A DNA stretch of 38,078 nucleotides from Candidatus Giovannonibacteria bacterium RIFCSPHIGHO2_02_FULL_44_11 (GCA_001778595.1 MFHL01000005.1:1-38078); one strand, 5' to 3'. Shown: positions 18,154 through 27,994, counted from the first letter of the stretch. The notes: generated from the sequence alone by a model not told the origin. A program made the numbers and translations.

Positions 18154-19155
18154 TTACACAGTGCGGCTTTCTCCAAATCCCGTATCCTGAACGGGGCTCC
18201 AAATCTTCTCTCCAAGCCCGACCTCAAAAAGCTGCGGCATTTTGTCCCAGGATATCGCGGTCGCTTCAACATTTTTCGGATTCACTCCGCCGTTCTGGAT
18301 TGTATTCGTCGCGCGGTCATAATACCATTCGGGCACTTCTTTCAGCCTGGCCGTTCTGGAAAGCTCCTGTGCGCCGAGCTCAACTTCCCTGTTCCTCGCC
18401 GTCAGCTCTTCAAGCCTCAAAACAACCGCCATTGCCCGAAGGTCTATATGCTTTGCCTGCCTGGTTAAAATATTCACGTGCCCCGAAGAAAGACGCTGGG
18501 CAACAACGTCAAACTTGCCTCCGTTCTGCGACCTTAAATAGCCGGCCATACTGGTATTGTCCGAATCCATAAAAACAACTTTCAATTTTTTTCCGCGCTG
18601 ACGCGCTTCCATTATACGCACTCCTCCTTCGTCGTTTTTTTTCTTAAATTCCGCCGGCAATTCCTCCGTGCGCTTAAGCTCTTCGTTGTGGTGGGAGATT
18701 AAAATCGGCATGATAATATCCAGAACTTTTTGTGAATTTTTCGGCAAATTTTTATTTAAAGTATAAATTATCGCGGAAAGCCCGAACGTGCGGTCTATCG
18801 GGTCTTCTGAAATTGTGCCTTTGCCGAACATATCGTCGCGTCTCGCGTATTCCAGCATTTTTGCCAAAGACGCGTCCTCGGCAATACCCAAAAATTCCGC
18901 GGCCATTTGCGAAGCGGTTGTTTTGCCACGGAATTCATGGTGGTCAAATCTGCCTCCGCCCATATCCATCAAAATATATCCTTCTTTTTCCAAATCTTCC
19001 GACGTCTTCCCTTCGGGCATCGTTTGCCATACCTCCAAGCCCGCTTCTTCAATGCCAGGAAACGTGGTTTTTCCGAATCTTTTCAAAAGAAAAATAGCCA
19101 CAAGCGTGTCGGGCTGAGGGCGTACAGGCAAAACAATAGCTTTTATCTTATCCAT
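18154..19155 (-). CDS. MYG1/DHH-like phosphoesterase-fold protein
   Basis: QPDT..AIFLL and DMGGGRFDHH resemble MYG1/DHH motifs. Co-oriented directly upstream of ftsH. Confidence 0.6.
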   Translation of the reverse strand: MDKIKAIVLPVRPQPDTLVAIFLLKRFGKTTFPGIEEAGLEVWQTMPEGKTSEDLEKEGYILMDMGGGRFDHHEFRGKTTASQMAAEFLGIAEDASLAKMLEYARRDDMFGKGTISEDPIDRTFGLSAIIYTLNKNLPKNSQKVLDIIMPILISHHNEELKRTEELPAEFKKKNDEGGVRIMEARQRGKKLKVVFMDSDNTSMAGYLRSQNGGKFDVVAQRLSSGHVNILTRQAKHIDLRAMAVVLRLEELTARNREVELGAQELSRTARLKEVPEWYYDRATNTIQNGGVNPKNVEATAISWDKMPQLFEVGLGEKIWSPVQDTGFGESRTV

Positions 19156-19167
19156 TTTATTATGCCT

Positions 19168-19196
19168 AGTGTACCATATTATTATATAAAAGTCAA
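19168..19196 (-). promoter_or_regulatory. sigma70-type promoter for the DHH-like gene/ftsH unit
   Basis: TTGACT-17 nt-TACACT with extended TG. Confidence 0.7.
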
Positions 19197-19197
19197 A

Positions 19198-19222
19198 CCC
19201 CCATGCATGGATTGCATGGGGG
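19198..19222 (-). terminator. Terminator hairpin
   Basis: Perfect 10-bp stem cccccatgca/tgcatggggg. Confidence 0.7.
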
Positions 19223-19254
19223 CATAGAAAGCTCGTTGGCTTTCCGGTGTTTAG

Positions 19255-20079
19255 TTATTCTTGTTGAGGTGCGGGAGCGTCAGCGGGAGCCTCCGAAGGC
19301 GTATCAGGCTGATTTGCCTTTTTGAGGCGGAACAGCAGCGTGTCCAGATCGGCATAGAAACGCCTCATAGCTTTGGCAACTGCCATGCTCTCTATGTTCC
19401 CCTTGATTCCCCAGCACCAAATTTTCTTCCCCTTGGGATTTTTCGCCGAGAATGCGTAGTCGGAGAAAGAAACATGCTTCCTCTTCCACTCGTCCACGAT
19501 CTCGTCGGGAACTTCCTGGATGTGCCTGTTTTTCCACAGCTTCTCAAAAAAGCCGCGGTACTTATCGACAAGCCCGTCAACCTCCGCGTCCGCCTCTTCT
19601 TTCGTCGACTTCAGGAGACTTCTTACTTTGTCGGCCGAATCCTGCACCTCAGTGTAAAAATTCCTGAAATTCACAACCTCAAGCGCAGCCTCATCAACCT
19701 CTTCTCCGACCCGGAACTCTTTGGCCGCATCAATCTGAGCCTTTAGGTCTTTGATAGGCTGGGTATCAGCGAACACGCCTTTTGAGCAATTAGCCTCGAT
19801 CATTTTCCTAAGCAATGCCTCGTACTGCGGGATGTTTTTCTTGATCTTTATCAGGACCTCAGCTTTTTCAATTTCGGCCGAAATGAAATTGGCAAAGGAC
19901 TCGTTGTCCTTCAACAACTCCTCCACGTCCAGATTGGCCAACGCAAGCACATCCACAAGCTCATTTCCCTTCAGAGCATCGCCTGTCATCGCCTCTACAT
20001 CCACCTCGCTAATCTCCTGCGGACGGTTATCCGCCTCCTTCTCAATCACCGCCTTTTGCAAATCTTTCATGTCTTTCAT
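19255..20079 (-). CDS. Hypothetical acidic, helical protein
   Basis: 274-aa ORF with SD aaggag, downstream of the beta-CASP gene. Confidence 0.75.
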   Translation of the reverse strand: MKDMKDLQKAVIEKEADNRPQEISEVDVEAMTGDALKGNELVDVLALANLDVEELLKDNESFANFISAEIEKAEVLIKIKKNIPQYEALLRKMIEANCSKGVFADTQPIKDLKAQIDAAKEFRVGEEVDEAALEVVNFRNFYTEVQDSADKVRSLLKSTKEEADAEVDGLVDKYRGFFEKLWKNRHIQEVPDEIVDEWKRKHVSFSDYAFSAKNPKGKKIWCWGIKGNIESMAVAKAMRRFYADLDTLLFRLKKANQPDTPSEAPADAPAPQQE

Positions 20080-20151
20080 AACAAATTCTCCTTTTCGGCC
20101 TACGGCCGGTTTGTTAGTTGGTCAAAAACGCCTGGCACCCTACTTACACAC

Positions 20152-21549
20152 TTACACAAAAACAAATTCCAAAGTCTCTCCGTTTTTTGCGGTGAAAAAC
20201 TCGATGTCTTTCTTCAATCTTTGCGTCCTTTCTTTCAGCCCCTCGTGAGCCTCCGGCTCTCCATGGACCGTCACAACCTTTTTGGGGTTGATCCGGCAGA
20301 TCCACTTCGCCATCTTGTCGCCTCCGGAGTGCCCCGACAGTTTGAACGGGATAACATCGGCGTTGATTTGCCTGGTTACTTCATATTCTTTTAACTCGGG
20401 CTGCTGTCCTTCAACTTTCTTCACATACTGATGAAAAAAAGTTATCTTCTCGCCTTTCTGCAGTTGAGTAAGCTTTCTGCCCTGCGTATCTTTGGCCTGG
20501 TATCCGGGAAGAATTACTGCGTTTTTTGAATCTTCCAAAAGCTCCTCAACATATCCTACTGACGGTCCCGCCTCAAGCATTCCCGAAGAACTTACAATGA
20601 CCACCGGTTCCGGCTGTCTAACAAGATCCCGCCGGTAAAACCTGTCCTCTTCCTTGCACCCTCCGTCCACTAAGAACAGCGAACCGAAATCAGAAAGCTT
20701 AAACGGCTTGTCCTGTTCGCACCATGGCGCGCTGTTTGCGTAAAGATGCGTAAAATCTCTGCCCATGCCGTCAACATGAACCGGAAATCCGGCTTCTGCC
20801 AAAGGCAACGCCTCTTCAATTAGCGTGGAAGCAAAATGCGGAATAACGGCTTTACCGCCGCGCGCAAAAACTTTCCGGATAACCTCCTTTAATCTGGCCT
20901 TTTCTTTGGCTCTGTCCGGAAGTTCTCGATTGCCGTACGTGGATTCAACCACCATCACATCCGGGTTGAGAAAATCTTGCGGTATGCCGGCGCCCCTAAC
21001 TAAAGCCCTTTCATCCACAGAAACATCGCAGGCGTGCAAAACTCGCGTGCCGTCAGGAAAAACCATCAGAAACATCGCCGCTCCCGGTTTGTGTCCGGCG
21101 GAACGAAAAGAAATCTTATGCCCCGCGATCGGCGAGAACCATGAAGTGTCGCCGATAAAATCCACCCGGTCAACGAGACTCTCAACCTCTCTTAAGCTAA
21201 ATAGCGGCGGCTCCGGTTTCCGTCCTTGCAACAAATCTATCTCCGCGCGGGATTCGGCTATCTTAACCGAATCCTTTAAGAGAAAATTCATCCCTTCAAA
21301 CGATGTTTTCGTCATCATCACTTTTGACTCGGGGTGTTCTCTTAAAAAAACCGGCACTCCTCCGCAATGGTCCAGATGATCATGTGATAAGAGAAAAAGT
21401 TCGATGTCTCCGCGCGTCATTTCAGGATACTTTATCCTTTTTTCCGATTGTATCGCACCGTGGTCTACTTGAATATTGCCGTTGTGTACATAAGAAGAAC
21501 CTCCGATGGAGTCTCCTCCCGCATTCGCCTCAAACGTCCATTTTTTCAT
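20152..21549 (-). CDS. Metallo-beta-lactamase/beta-CASP family nuclease
   Basis: SHDHLDH, AGH, ESTYG, SSGML, GYQA, SGH and VHGE motifs. Confidence 0.92.
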   Translation of the reverse strand: MKKWTFEANAGGDSIGGSSYVHNGNIQVDHGAIQSEKRIKYPEMTRGDIELFLLSHDHLDHCGGVPVFLREHPESKVMMTKTSFEGMNFLLKDSVKIAESRAEIDLLQGRKPEPPLFSLREVESLVDRVDFIGDTSWFSPIAGHKISFRSAGHKPGAAMFLMVFPDGTRVLHACDVSVDERALVRGAGIPQDFLNPDVMVVESTYGNRELPDRAKEKARLKEVIRKVFARGGKAVIPHFASTLIEEALPLAEAGFPVHVDGMGRDFTHLYANSAPWCEQDKPFKLSDFGSLFLVDGGCKEEDRFYRRDLVRQPEPVVIVSSSGMLEAGPSVGYVEELLEDSKNAVILPGYQAKDTQGRKLTQLQKGEKITFFHQYVKKVEGQQPELKEYEVTRQINADVIPFKLSGHSGGDKMAKWICRINPKKVVTVHGEPEAHEGLKERTQRLKKDIEFFTAKNGETLEFVFV

Positions 21550-21620
21550 TTGCCGCCTTCCTACCTTTCTAAATTTGTTTAATGTGTTTTTTGATTTCAG
21601 AGAGCTTTTTTACTGGTTAA

Positions 21621-21649
21621 AGTATATCATAATCTATACCAAAAGTCAA
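21621..21649 (-). promoter_or_regulatory. sigma70-type promoter for the beta-CASP unit
   Basis: TTGACT-17 nt-TATACT with extended TG. Confidence 0.7.
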
Positions 21650-21690
21650 CCCGCCCACCCGCGCAACAAAAAAACTAATGGTCTTATCCA

Positions 21691-21915
21691 TTAGTTTTTG
21701 GGTTTAAAAATCGGACATCTGGTAATCGCCATCGAAACATTTTCAATAACGCAAATCTTGTAAAGCGCTGAAGCAACATGACAATGATCTGCCTGGCCTG
21801 GCTTCATGTTTCCGCAATTCAAGCAAAGACATTCGGTTTTGCGCAACATATCCATTTCTTTGTTGACCAGAACTTCTTTGCCGTAATGAGTTTCTTTAAC
21901 TGCCGGATTTTTCAT
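21691..21915 (-). CDS. Small Cys-rich hypothetical protein
   Basis: 74 aa with CLCLNC...C...C...CP, a probable metal-binding pattern. Confidence 0.7.
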   Translation of the reverse strand: MKNPAVKETHYGKEVLVNKEMDMLRKTECLCLNCGNMKPGQADHCHVASALYKICVIENVSMAITRCPIFKPKN

Positions 21916-21993
21916 TTGCTTACCGCTTTCCGATATCTACGTTAAATATTTACAAATAATAGAAAAACTTGCAAGCCGTGCTTTTGTGCTATT

Positions 21994-22338
21994 ATGAAAA
22001 AAGAAGAAAGAAAGAACAATTTTATGGATAGAAATACTTTCGGCGGGCTTTTGGTCTTGGCGTTGATTGCGGCAGGGCTGAAAATGATAATCTATAAAAA
22101 ACATTCTTCAGCCAAAAAACCCGCAAAGTTCTTACCGATGGCAATGCTGCGATTACAATGCCCTAAATGCAAAGAATCCCTGGAAGAGTTTGCCTGCGCT
22201 GATTTCCAGGAAAACGGGATGTTCCAAAAAGTTTATAAATGCCCGCGATGTGTCGCCGAACCCGAGAAAGAAATTCTTTACCGTTCCGACGGACAGCCAT
22301 TCCGTAAGGAAAACACTTCCGTGCACCGCCTCCAATAG
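21994..22338 (+). CDS. Membrane-anchored zinc-ribbon protein
   Basis: N-terminal TM, CPKC...CPRC. The real start may be 22024 (MDRNTF). Confidence 0.65.
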   Translation: MKKEERKNNFMDRNTFGGLLVLALIAAGLKMIIYKKHSSAKKPAKFLPMAMLRLQCPKCKESLEEFACADFQENGMFQKVYKCPRCVAEPEKEILYRSDGQPFRKENTSVHRLQ

Positions 22339-22386
22339 GCGGTTTTATTTTAATAGCGGACTACATCCGTGTCGATTGGAACCAAG

Positions 22387-22704
22387 TTATTTCGGAGATT
22401 CAGATTTGACAATCCTCATTTTGCGTTCAAGCGTAAACCAAGGACTTCCGCTACCACCATAAAGTTTTTCAATGATAACAGGTACCGCGTCTTCCCGATA
22501 CTGTGTAAATTTATCCGCTTCATTGCTTAAAAAGATTTTCGCGGAATACGCGTCGCCATCTCGAAGCCTTTTTATAAGCTTTTGCATCACAACATCGCTT
22601 TGTCCGTTGGTTTTCTGCACATGGATGACTTCTAATTCTCTCGCAAGCTCCGCCAATCTTTCTTTTTCGGAATTATTAAGATTTTGCTCTTTTTCGGCAG
22701 ACAT
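22387..22704 (-). CDS. Hypothetical protein downstream of tRNA-Ala
   Basis: 105-aa ORF with an AT-rich upstream region. Confidence 0.65.
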   Translation of the reverse strand: MSAEKEQNLNNSEKERLAELARELEVIHVQKTNGQSDVVMQKLIKRLRDGDAYSAKIFLSNEADKFTQYREDAVPVIIEKLYGGSGSPWFTLERKMRIVKSESPK

Positions 22705-22872
22705 TGTTATTCAAAGTTATTACAAATTATTACTTATTATAACGGTGGTGTCATTATATCATTTACTCAAACTTATTTTGAGTGGGACTCCTGACCGCGC
22801 CCCGCCTCTTTTTTCTGGGGGAATGATGGCGGGTTAATTATTAAAATTTGATTATTATGCATAAAAATATTT

Positions 22873-22943
22873 TGGACCTACAGGGAATCGAACCCTGACC
22901 TGATCCATGCCATGGATCCGTTCTGCCACTGAACTATAGGCCC
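22873..22943 (-). tRNA. tRNA-Ala(GGC)
   Basis: Minus strand gggccta...taggtcc-A with G3:U70. Anticodon stem gatcc/ggatc with loop at-GGC-at. T loop TTCGATT. Confidence 0.93.
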
Positions 22944-22946
22944 TTG

Positions 22947-23231
22947 TTAATTTTGTTTTGTCTCAACAGGCTCCGCTTTCGGCAAAGATTTTTTGCTGAA
23001 GCGGAAAATGTATAAAATTTCCAAAATGCCGGCTGTGTTTATCAGAAGCAGTGCAATAAACCAATAAAGATCTCCTTTTCTGGCGGCGTGCCACAAAGCC
23101 CTGCCTTTCCAATATATAGTCCATACGATAAGCGCCAAAACAAACAATCCGATAACGGGCATAAAAGCAAAACCCCAAAAAGGCACATTCCAGTGCGTAT
23201 TCCAGTTATTGTAATACGATCCCCATTGCAT
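22947..23231 (-). CDS. DUF5652-like small membrane protein
   Basis: W...WKG.ALW.AAR....WF......NT.GILEI.Y motif. Confidence 0.85.
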   Translation of the reverse strand: MQWGSYYNNWNTHWNVPFWGFAFMPVIGLFVLALIVWTIYWKGRALWHAARKGDLYWFIALLLINTAGILEILYIFRFSKKSLPKAEPVETKQN

Positions 23232-23258
23232 AAAAGTATTTTAGCAAATTTTGATAAA

Positions 23259-23690
23259 TTAAACCAGACCCGTAGACCCAAACCCTCCACGGGAGGTATT
23301 GCCCAAATCCTCAACCTCCTCCCATTCGGCGCGGTCGTATTTACGGAAAAATCCCTGCGTTATCCTTTCGCCTTTTTCAATTGAAACCGGCTTGTCCAAA
23401 AAATTATAAACTGCGGCGTGGTATTCGTCGGCGTTTCCCGAAAAATCCGTGTCTCCAATCGCCACGTTATTCGCAAGCATCAGTCCTTTTTTGTGGAGCG
23501 AGCTACGTGCGGCCATTATCAGCATATGGTTTTCGGGGTGCTCTATCGCGACATTCAACGGTATGTATTTTATTTCCTTCGGTAAAATTTCCGCGGTAAT
23601 ACGCGCCGTAAAATCAAAACACGCCGCGCCCTTGGTCTTGTACTGGGGCAGCGGCAAGAATTTATCGAATCTTTTAATGCGGACCTTCAT
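23259..23690 (-). CDS. dut: dUTP diphosphatase (trimeric)
   Basis: GAACFD, ARSS, GERITQ and RGGFGSTG. Start reassigned to MKVRIKRFD. Confidence 0.93.
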   Translation of the reverse strand: MKVRIKRFDKFLPLPQYKTKGAACFDFTARITAEILPKEIKYIPLNVAIEHPENHMLIMAARSSLHKKGLMLANNVAIGDTDFSGNADEYHAAVYNFLDKPVSIEKGERITQGFFRKYDRAEWEEVEDLGNTSRGGFGSTGLV

Positions 23691-23752
23691 TAGATTAAAT
23701 TTAACATGAATTATACGAAAATAAAAAAACGTCCGACTATGCGTCGCGGACG

Positions 23753-24961
23753 TTAAATTTTCTGAAATGCCTGATGGCAATCGAAAACCTGGTTTTGCCA
23801 GGCTTCGCGCCCCATAGAGAACCTTATTGTCGCCTCCGAAATGCCGACTTTTAGGAGCTCTTCCGAGTCCATTTGGTTGTGGGTCGTAACCCAGGGCCGG
23901 AGCATCAAAGATCTCGGCTCACCGATATTCGGCGCGAGCCAAAAAAGTTTTAGCGAGTCCACGAAAATTTTGGCCGCTTCTCCTCCGCCTTCCACCTCAA
24001 AAGCCAAAAGTCCGCCAAACCCGTTTGGCATCAGCTTCTTATTCGCTTCGGCTCTCGGACCGACAGTGGGATAAAAAACCTTTTTTACTTTTGGATGTTG
24101 TGAAAGATATTTGACCATCATTTCCGCGTTGAAACAATGAGCTTCTATGCGCGGTCCCAAAGATTCGGTATTGGCACGGATTGTGTCTGCCGTGTCCGTA
24201 GACATGCTGGAGCGCACGTCCCGATACCAATCAGTACGAAAACGGTCCATCCATTCTTTGGACCGCGAAAGAATGTCTCCTCCCCAAACCTCTCCGTCTG
24301 AAAAATATTTTGACAGCGATTCGCCGACAAAATCAAAACCAAGGTCAAACGGCCGTATCAAAAACGGCGTGCCCAAAGTAGTATCGGCCACGGCAACAAT
24401 TCCGCGCTTATGGGCAAGCTCCGCAATACGCTTCCCGTCAAAAACATCTATCAAAGGATTGGAAGGGATCTCAACATGAAACGCCGCCGTATTTTTTCTT
24501 ATGGCCTCATCCCACTCTCTTAAATCGTACGGATTTTCAACAAAAGTAGTTTCAATGCCAAAGGCCGGCAGAATCTTTTTGAATAAATCATAGACTCCGC
24601 CATACAGTTTGCTCGAGGACACAATATGTCCGCCGTTTCTGCCTAAATATTCAAACAGTGTTTTTATGGCCGTCATACCGCTGGCAAGGGTCAAAGCGGC
24701 TCCCGCGCCGTGAAGCGAAGCAAGCCGTCTCTCCAAACATTCTTCGGTTTTATTGCTTATCGGGCCATAAAAATGACCTGCTTCCTTACCTGAAAAAAGC
24801 CTTCTTGATCTGTCATCTGTCAGCATTGGCATGGCGGTAGAACGCTGAATCCCCGGATTCATTTCCGTATCGGTAAGCAAACCGCCTCCGTGTATCGCCA
24901 AAGTTTCAAGCCGAAAATTTCCCCATTCTTCAGGAACAATAAACAAATCACTCTTCTTCAT
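23753..24961 (-). CDS. PLP-dependent trans-sulfuration enzyme (MetB/MetZ/Mgl family)
   Basis: ETLAIHGG, LASGMTAI, YGG, E.PSNP, D.T, SLSKY (PLP lysine) and IRFSMG.E. SD aaggag before 24961. Confidence 0.88.
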   Translation of the reverse strand: MKKSDLFIVPEEWGNFRLETLAIHGGGLLTDTEMNPGIQRSTAMPMLTDDRSRRLFSGKEAGHFYGPISNKTEECLERRLASLHGAGAALTLASGMTAIKTLFEYLGRNGGHIVSSSKLYGGVYDLFKKILPAFGIETTFVENPYDLREWDEAIRKNTAAFHVEIPSNPLIDVFDGKRIAELAHKRGIVAVADTTLGTPFLIRPFDLGFDFVGESLSKYFSDGEVWGGDILSRSKEWMDRFRTDWYRDVRSSMSTDTADTIRANTESLGPRIEAHCFNAEMMVKYLSQHPKVKKVFYPTVGPRAEANKKLMPNGFGGLLAFEVEGGGEAAKIFVDSLKLFWLAPNIGEPRSLMLRPWVTTHNQMDSEELLKVGISEATIRFSMGREAWQNQVFDCHQAFQKI

Positions 24962-25065
24962 CGCAAGCTCCTTTTTCAAGTATAATTTCCTCTCCCACCC
25001 TAGCTCCGAACGGGTTTTTTAGCAAGAAAAAAAGCCCTCTCATTATTAGGGCTTCTATAAAAAAA

Positions 25066-25563
25066 TTAATACACCTCGTTCGTGTAACCAACAACGCCAT
25101 GTGGCGGATTTTTATCAAGCACCATTTTAAATCTACCGAGCAATACAATGTCGATTAATTGATATTTATCACCTCCGAACAGCGGTTTTTCTTTGATCTG
25201 TAAAACAGGACTCCACCATTTATATTTGCCGAAATGAGGGCTCAATTCGTGTAAAAATAAAGTCATTTCAAATGAGGGCAGCTCCACCTCAACCCTTACT
25301 AATTCGTCGTCACCGGTTACAAGAGTTAAGGTTACACATTCCCCTCCGGCATATTCAGGCGGCGTGGCACACCCCCTGCCAAAACCGACATAAGTTGCGT
25401 ATTTGTAATTCAAATATTGCGTGAGCGGAAACTGCTGAAGGCCTTTTACAATATGATCGTGGCCGCTTCCTTTTTTGACCACATGCCAGGCTTCTTTGGC
25501 TTCAGCGTGAACAGTAACAAGCAATGTCAATATAACCGCGGCCCCGATTAAAAATCTTTTCAT
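25066..25563 (-). CDS. Hypothetical secreted protein
   Basis: Signal peptide MKRFLIGAAVILTLLVTVHAEA, SD ggggag, and terminator aagccct/agggctt at 25032-25054. Confidence 0.75.
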   Translation of the reverse strand: MKRFLIGAAVILTLLVTVHAEAKEAWHVVKKGSGHDHIVKGLQQFPLTQYLNYKYATYVGFGRGCATPPEYAGGECVTLTLVTGDDELVRVEVELPSFEMTLFLHELSPHFGKYKWWSPVLQIKEKPLFGGDKYQLIDIVLLGRFKMVLDKNPPHGVVGYTNEVY

Positions 25564-25656
25564 TCTCTGCTCCCCCAAATCTTCTGCCACTTTAACGCTG
25601 TTCTATGTTTTTGTAAAGAAAAAAGCCTGGCTATCCGGCTTTTTGAGTACGCAATT

Positions 25657-26130
25657 TTATTTAGAGATTTTTTTAAGATATCTCAACTTACAATCGTCAT
25701 GCACATTTACTTCTTTAATTGATTTTGATTTATGATCGTAAACTTCCATTCTGATTCTTCCCACTCCCCACGTTGCTTCTTCGCATAAATAGCAAGCATA
25801 ACGCGGAACCGGAGTGGAATACTTTCCGTTTTTTGCGTCGTACTCCAACATAGCCACAGCAAATTTTTGGTCTTCCCTATACTGATTCCCTAAACCGTCA
25901 ACTTTTGCCATGCGCTTTCGACCGTCGGTCATGTTTAGAGTAATGCGCTCCGGATCAATTTTCACGCCGTATGTGTAGAAAACAAGATCTTCCGCGTTTC
26001 CGTCAAAAACTTGCGATAACAAATCATTGAACCGCTTAAAAAATGCCTTACCTGTCCTGTCCTTGCCTTTAAACAAATCCAAAACAAAAGTCGCCCCGCA
26101 ACCGCGAATCTCTTTTAGGATAATTTTCAT
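25657..26130 (-). CDS. Hypothetical protein
   Basis: 157-aa ORF followed by terminator aaaagcc/ggctttt at 25621-25643. Confidence 0.7.
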   Translation of the reverse strand: MKIILKEIRGCGATFVLDLFKGKDRTGKAFFKRFNDLLSQVFDGNAEDLVFYTYGVKIDPERITLNMTDGRKRMAKVDGLGNQYREDQKFAVAMLEYDAKNGKYSTPVPRYACYLCEEATWGVGRIRMEVYDHKSKSIKEVNVHDDCKLRYLKKISK

Positions 26131-26210
26131 GCGTGCTAACTAAAATCTCCCATTACCATAGCGTGAAGATAGAATTTTTGCAAGAAAAATGCTATAAATA
26201 ACCAAGTCTC

Positions 26211-26282
26211 CCCCTCGTAGTTCAACGGACAGAACATCCCCGTCCTAAGGGGTCGATAGAGGTTCAATTCCTCTCGAGGGGA
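26211..26282 (+). tRNA. tRNA-Arg(CCT)
   Basis: Acceptor cccctcg/cgagggg plus A. D arm gttc/gaac. Loop gt-CCT-aa. T arm agagg-TTCAATT-cctct. Confidence 0.9.
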
Positions 26283-26314
26283 CACAAATATTAAAAAGTG
26301 TTATATTAAATAAA

Positions 26315-27361
26315 ATGGAATATCAGGAAAAAATAATGCTGGCAATAGAAAAGGCCCTCCCGGGAGTGGTAAGCATTGCCGCGTCCAAATCCGCGGAGCT
26401 CGTCGCCGAAGACCTTCGAAAAATGGGCGTACCTCCGGAACAATTTTCGGAGAAGCTCAACGACGAAACGGTGGACGGCAAAGTGTCCGTATCCGGAGGC
26501 TCAGGTTTTATTGTTGACCCTTCGGGAATAATTTTGACGAATAAACACGTTGTGCAGGATAAAAAAGCAACTTACAAAGCGGTGATTGCCGGCGAATCTT
26601 ACGATTTGCAGATACTAGGCGTTGACCCTCTTGCCGATATCGCAATATTAAAAATACTCAATCCTCCTTCAAGCCTTCCCAGTATTTCACTTTCCAAAAC
26701 CAAGCAGGTAAAGCTCGGCATGGCCGTGATTGCCATAGGCAACGCTCTTGGAGAATTTTCAAATACTGTTTCCACGGGTATAGTCTCGGGACTCTCCAGA
26801 TTTCTCTCCGCCATTACCGATATTGAAGGCCATCAGGAGCGCCTCCGCGGGCTTATTCAGACCGACGCCGCGATAAACCCCGGCAACTCGGGCGGACCTT
26901 TAATAAATCTGGACGGCGAGGCCATAGGCATTAACTCCGCAATAGTTTTCGGCGCGCAAAACATCGGCTTCGCAATTCCAATTGACCGCGCGAGGAACGA
27001 CCTTGAAGAAGTAAAAAAATACGGCCACATCCGCTCGCCGTTTTTGGGCATACGCTACGTTCTTTTGAATAAAAATATCAGAAAGCATTTCAAAATACCC
27101 GCTGAACACGGGGCTTTAATAGTAAAAGAGGGTGTAGGGGAAGAATTCGCGGTGCTTCCGGGAAGCTCAGCGTATGAAGCGGGCTTAAGAGAACACGACA
27201 TTATTGTAGCCGCCAACGGAAAAAATATTACCGAAAAAGAAACTTTGGAAGATGTTTTGGCCAACTGTAAAGTCGGCGACAAACTGGTTTTAAAATATCT
27301 GCGCAAAGACAAAGAAATGTCCTGCGAAGTTCTTTTGGAAGATCGCGCGAAGTTTAGTTAA
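26315..27361 (+). CDS. htrA: HtrA/DegP-family serine protease with one PDZ domain
   Basis: GSGF, TNKHV, DIAILK, QTDAAINPGNSGGPL and a C-terminal PDZ domain. Confidence 0.93.
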   Translation: MEYQEKIMLAIEKALPGVVSIAASKSAELVAEDLRKMGVPPEQFSEKLNDETVDGKVSVSGGSGFIVDPSGIILTNKHVVQDKKATYKAVIAGESYDLQILGVDPLADIAILKILNPPSSLPSISLSKTKQVKLGMAVIAIGNALGEFSNTVSTGIVSGLSRFLSAITDIEGHQERLRGLIQTDAAINPGNSGGPLINLDGEAIGINSAIVFGAQNIGFAIPIDRARNDLEEVKKYGHIRSPFLGIRYVLLNKNIRKHFKIPAEHGALIVKEGVGEEFAVLPGSSAYEAGLREHDIIVAANGKNITEKETLEDVLANCKVGDKLVLKYLRKDKEMSCEVLLEDRAKFS

Positions 27362-27594
27362 AGCCCCAAAAGAGCTTTGAGACGCATTTGATCAAAGCCT
27401 ATAGTGAGCTCGCCGTCTATATCAATTACCGGTACGCCCATCTGACCGGTTTTTTTGACCATTTCATCTCTTGCCTTTATATCCTCGGCGACATCGTGCT
27501 CGGTGTATTCTATTTTATTATCCGCAAAATACTTCTTGGCCATCTTGCAATAGACGCACCAAGGAGTTGAATAGATAGCAACTTTCTTTGCCAT
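27358..27594 (-). CDS. Glutaredoxin-like (NrdH/YruB-type) redoxin
   Basis: YSTPWCVYC, GQMGVPVI and GFD. Confidence 0.92.
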   Translation of the reverse strand: MAKKVAIYSTPWCVYCKMAKKYFADNKIEYTEHDVAEDIKARDEMVKKTGQMGVPVIDIDGELTIGFDQMRLKALLGL

Positions 27595-27652
27595 GTTTTA
27601 AATTATAACATAACCTTCAAAAAAACAAAAAACGGGGTCAATAACCCCGGTT

Positions 27653-27994
27653 TTACTTTTTTACGTAATTTGCGTTTACGAAATTTTCGATCATTTTAAT
27701 ACCTTCCGTACCGCCGACCCCCCGGTCCAATTCGCTTCCGTTTCTGAACAATATCAGTGTTGGTATGCTTTGGATACCATGAAGACTTGCAAGGCCGGGC
27801 TCTTCATCAATATTAACTTTGACAAACTTCATTATGCCTGAAAACGGCTTTGCCAAATTATCCTCCAATATCGGTGCCAAAACCCTGCATGGTCCGCACC
27901 AAGGCGCCCAAAAATCCACTACTACCGGCAAATCGCTTTTCACTACCTCCGCGTTAAAATCCCGCGAGGAAACTTCCTTAACGTGTTCACTCAT
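27653..27994 (-). CDS. trxA: Thioredoxin
   Basis: VDFWAPWCGPC and IQSIPTL. Confidence 0.93.
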   Translation of the reverse strand: MSEHVKEVSSRDFNAEVVKSDLPVVVDFWAPWCGPCRVLAPILEDNLAKPFSGIMKFVKVNIDEEPGLASLHGIQSIPTLILFRNGSELDRGVGGTEGIKMIENFVNANYVKK

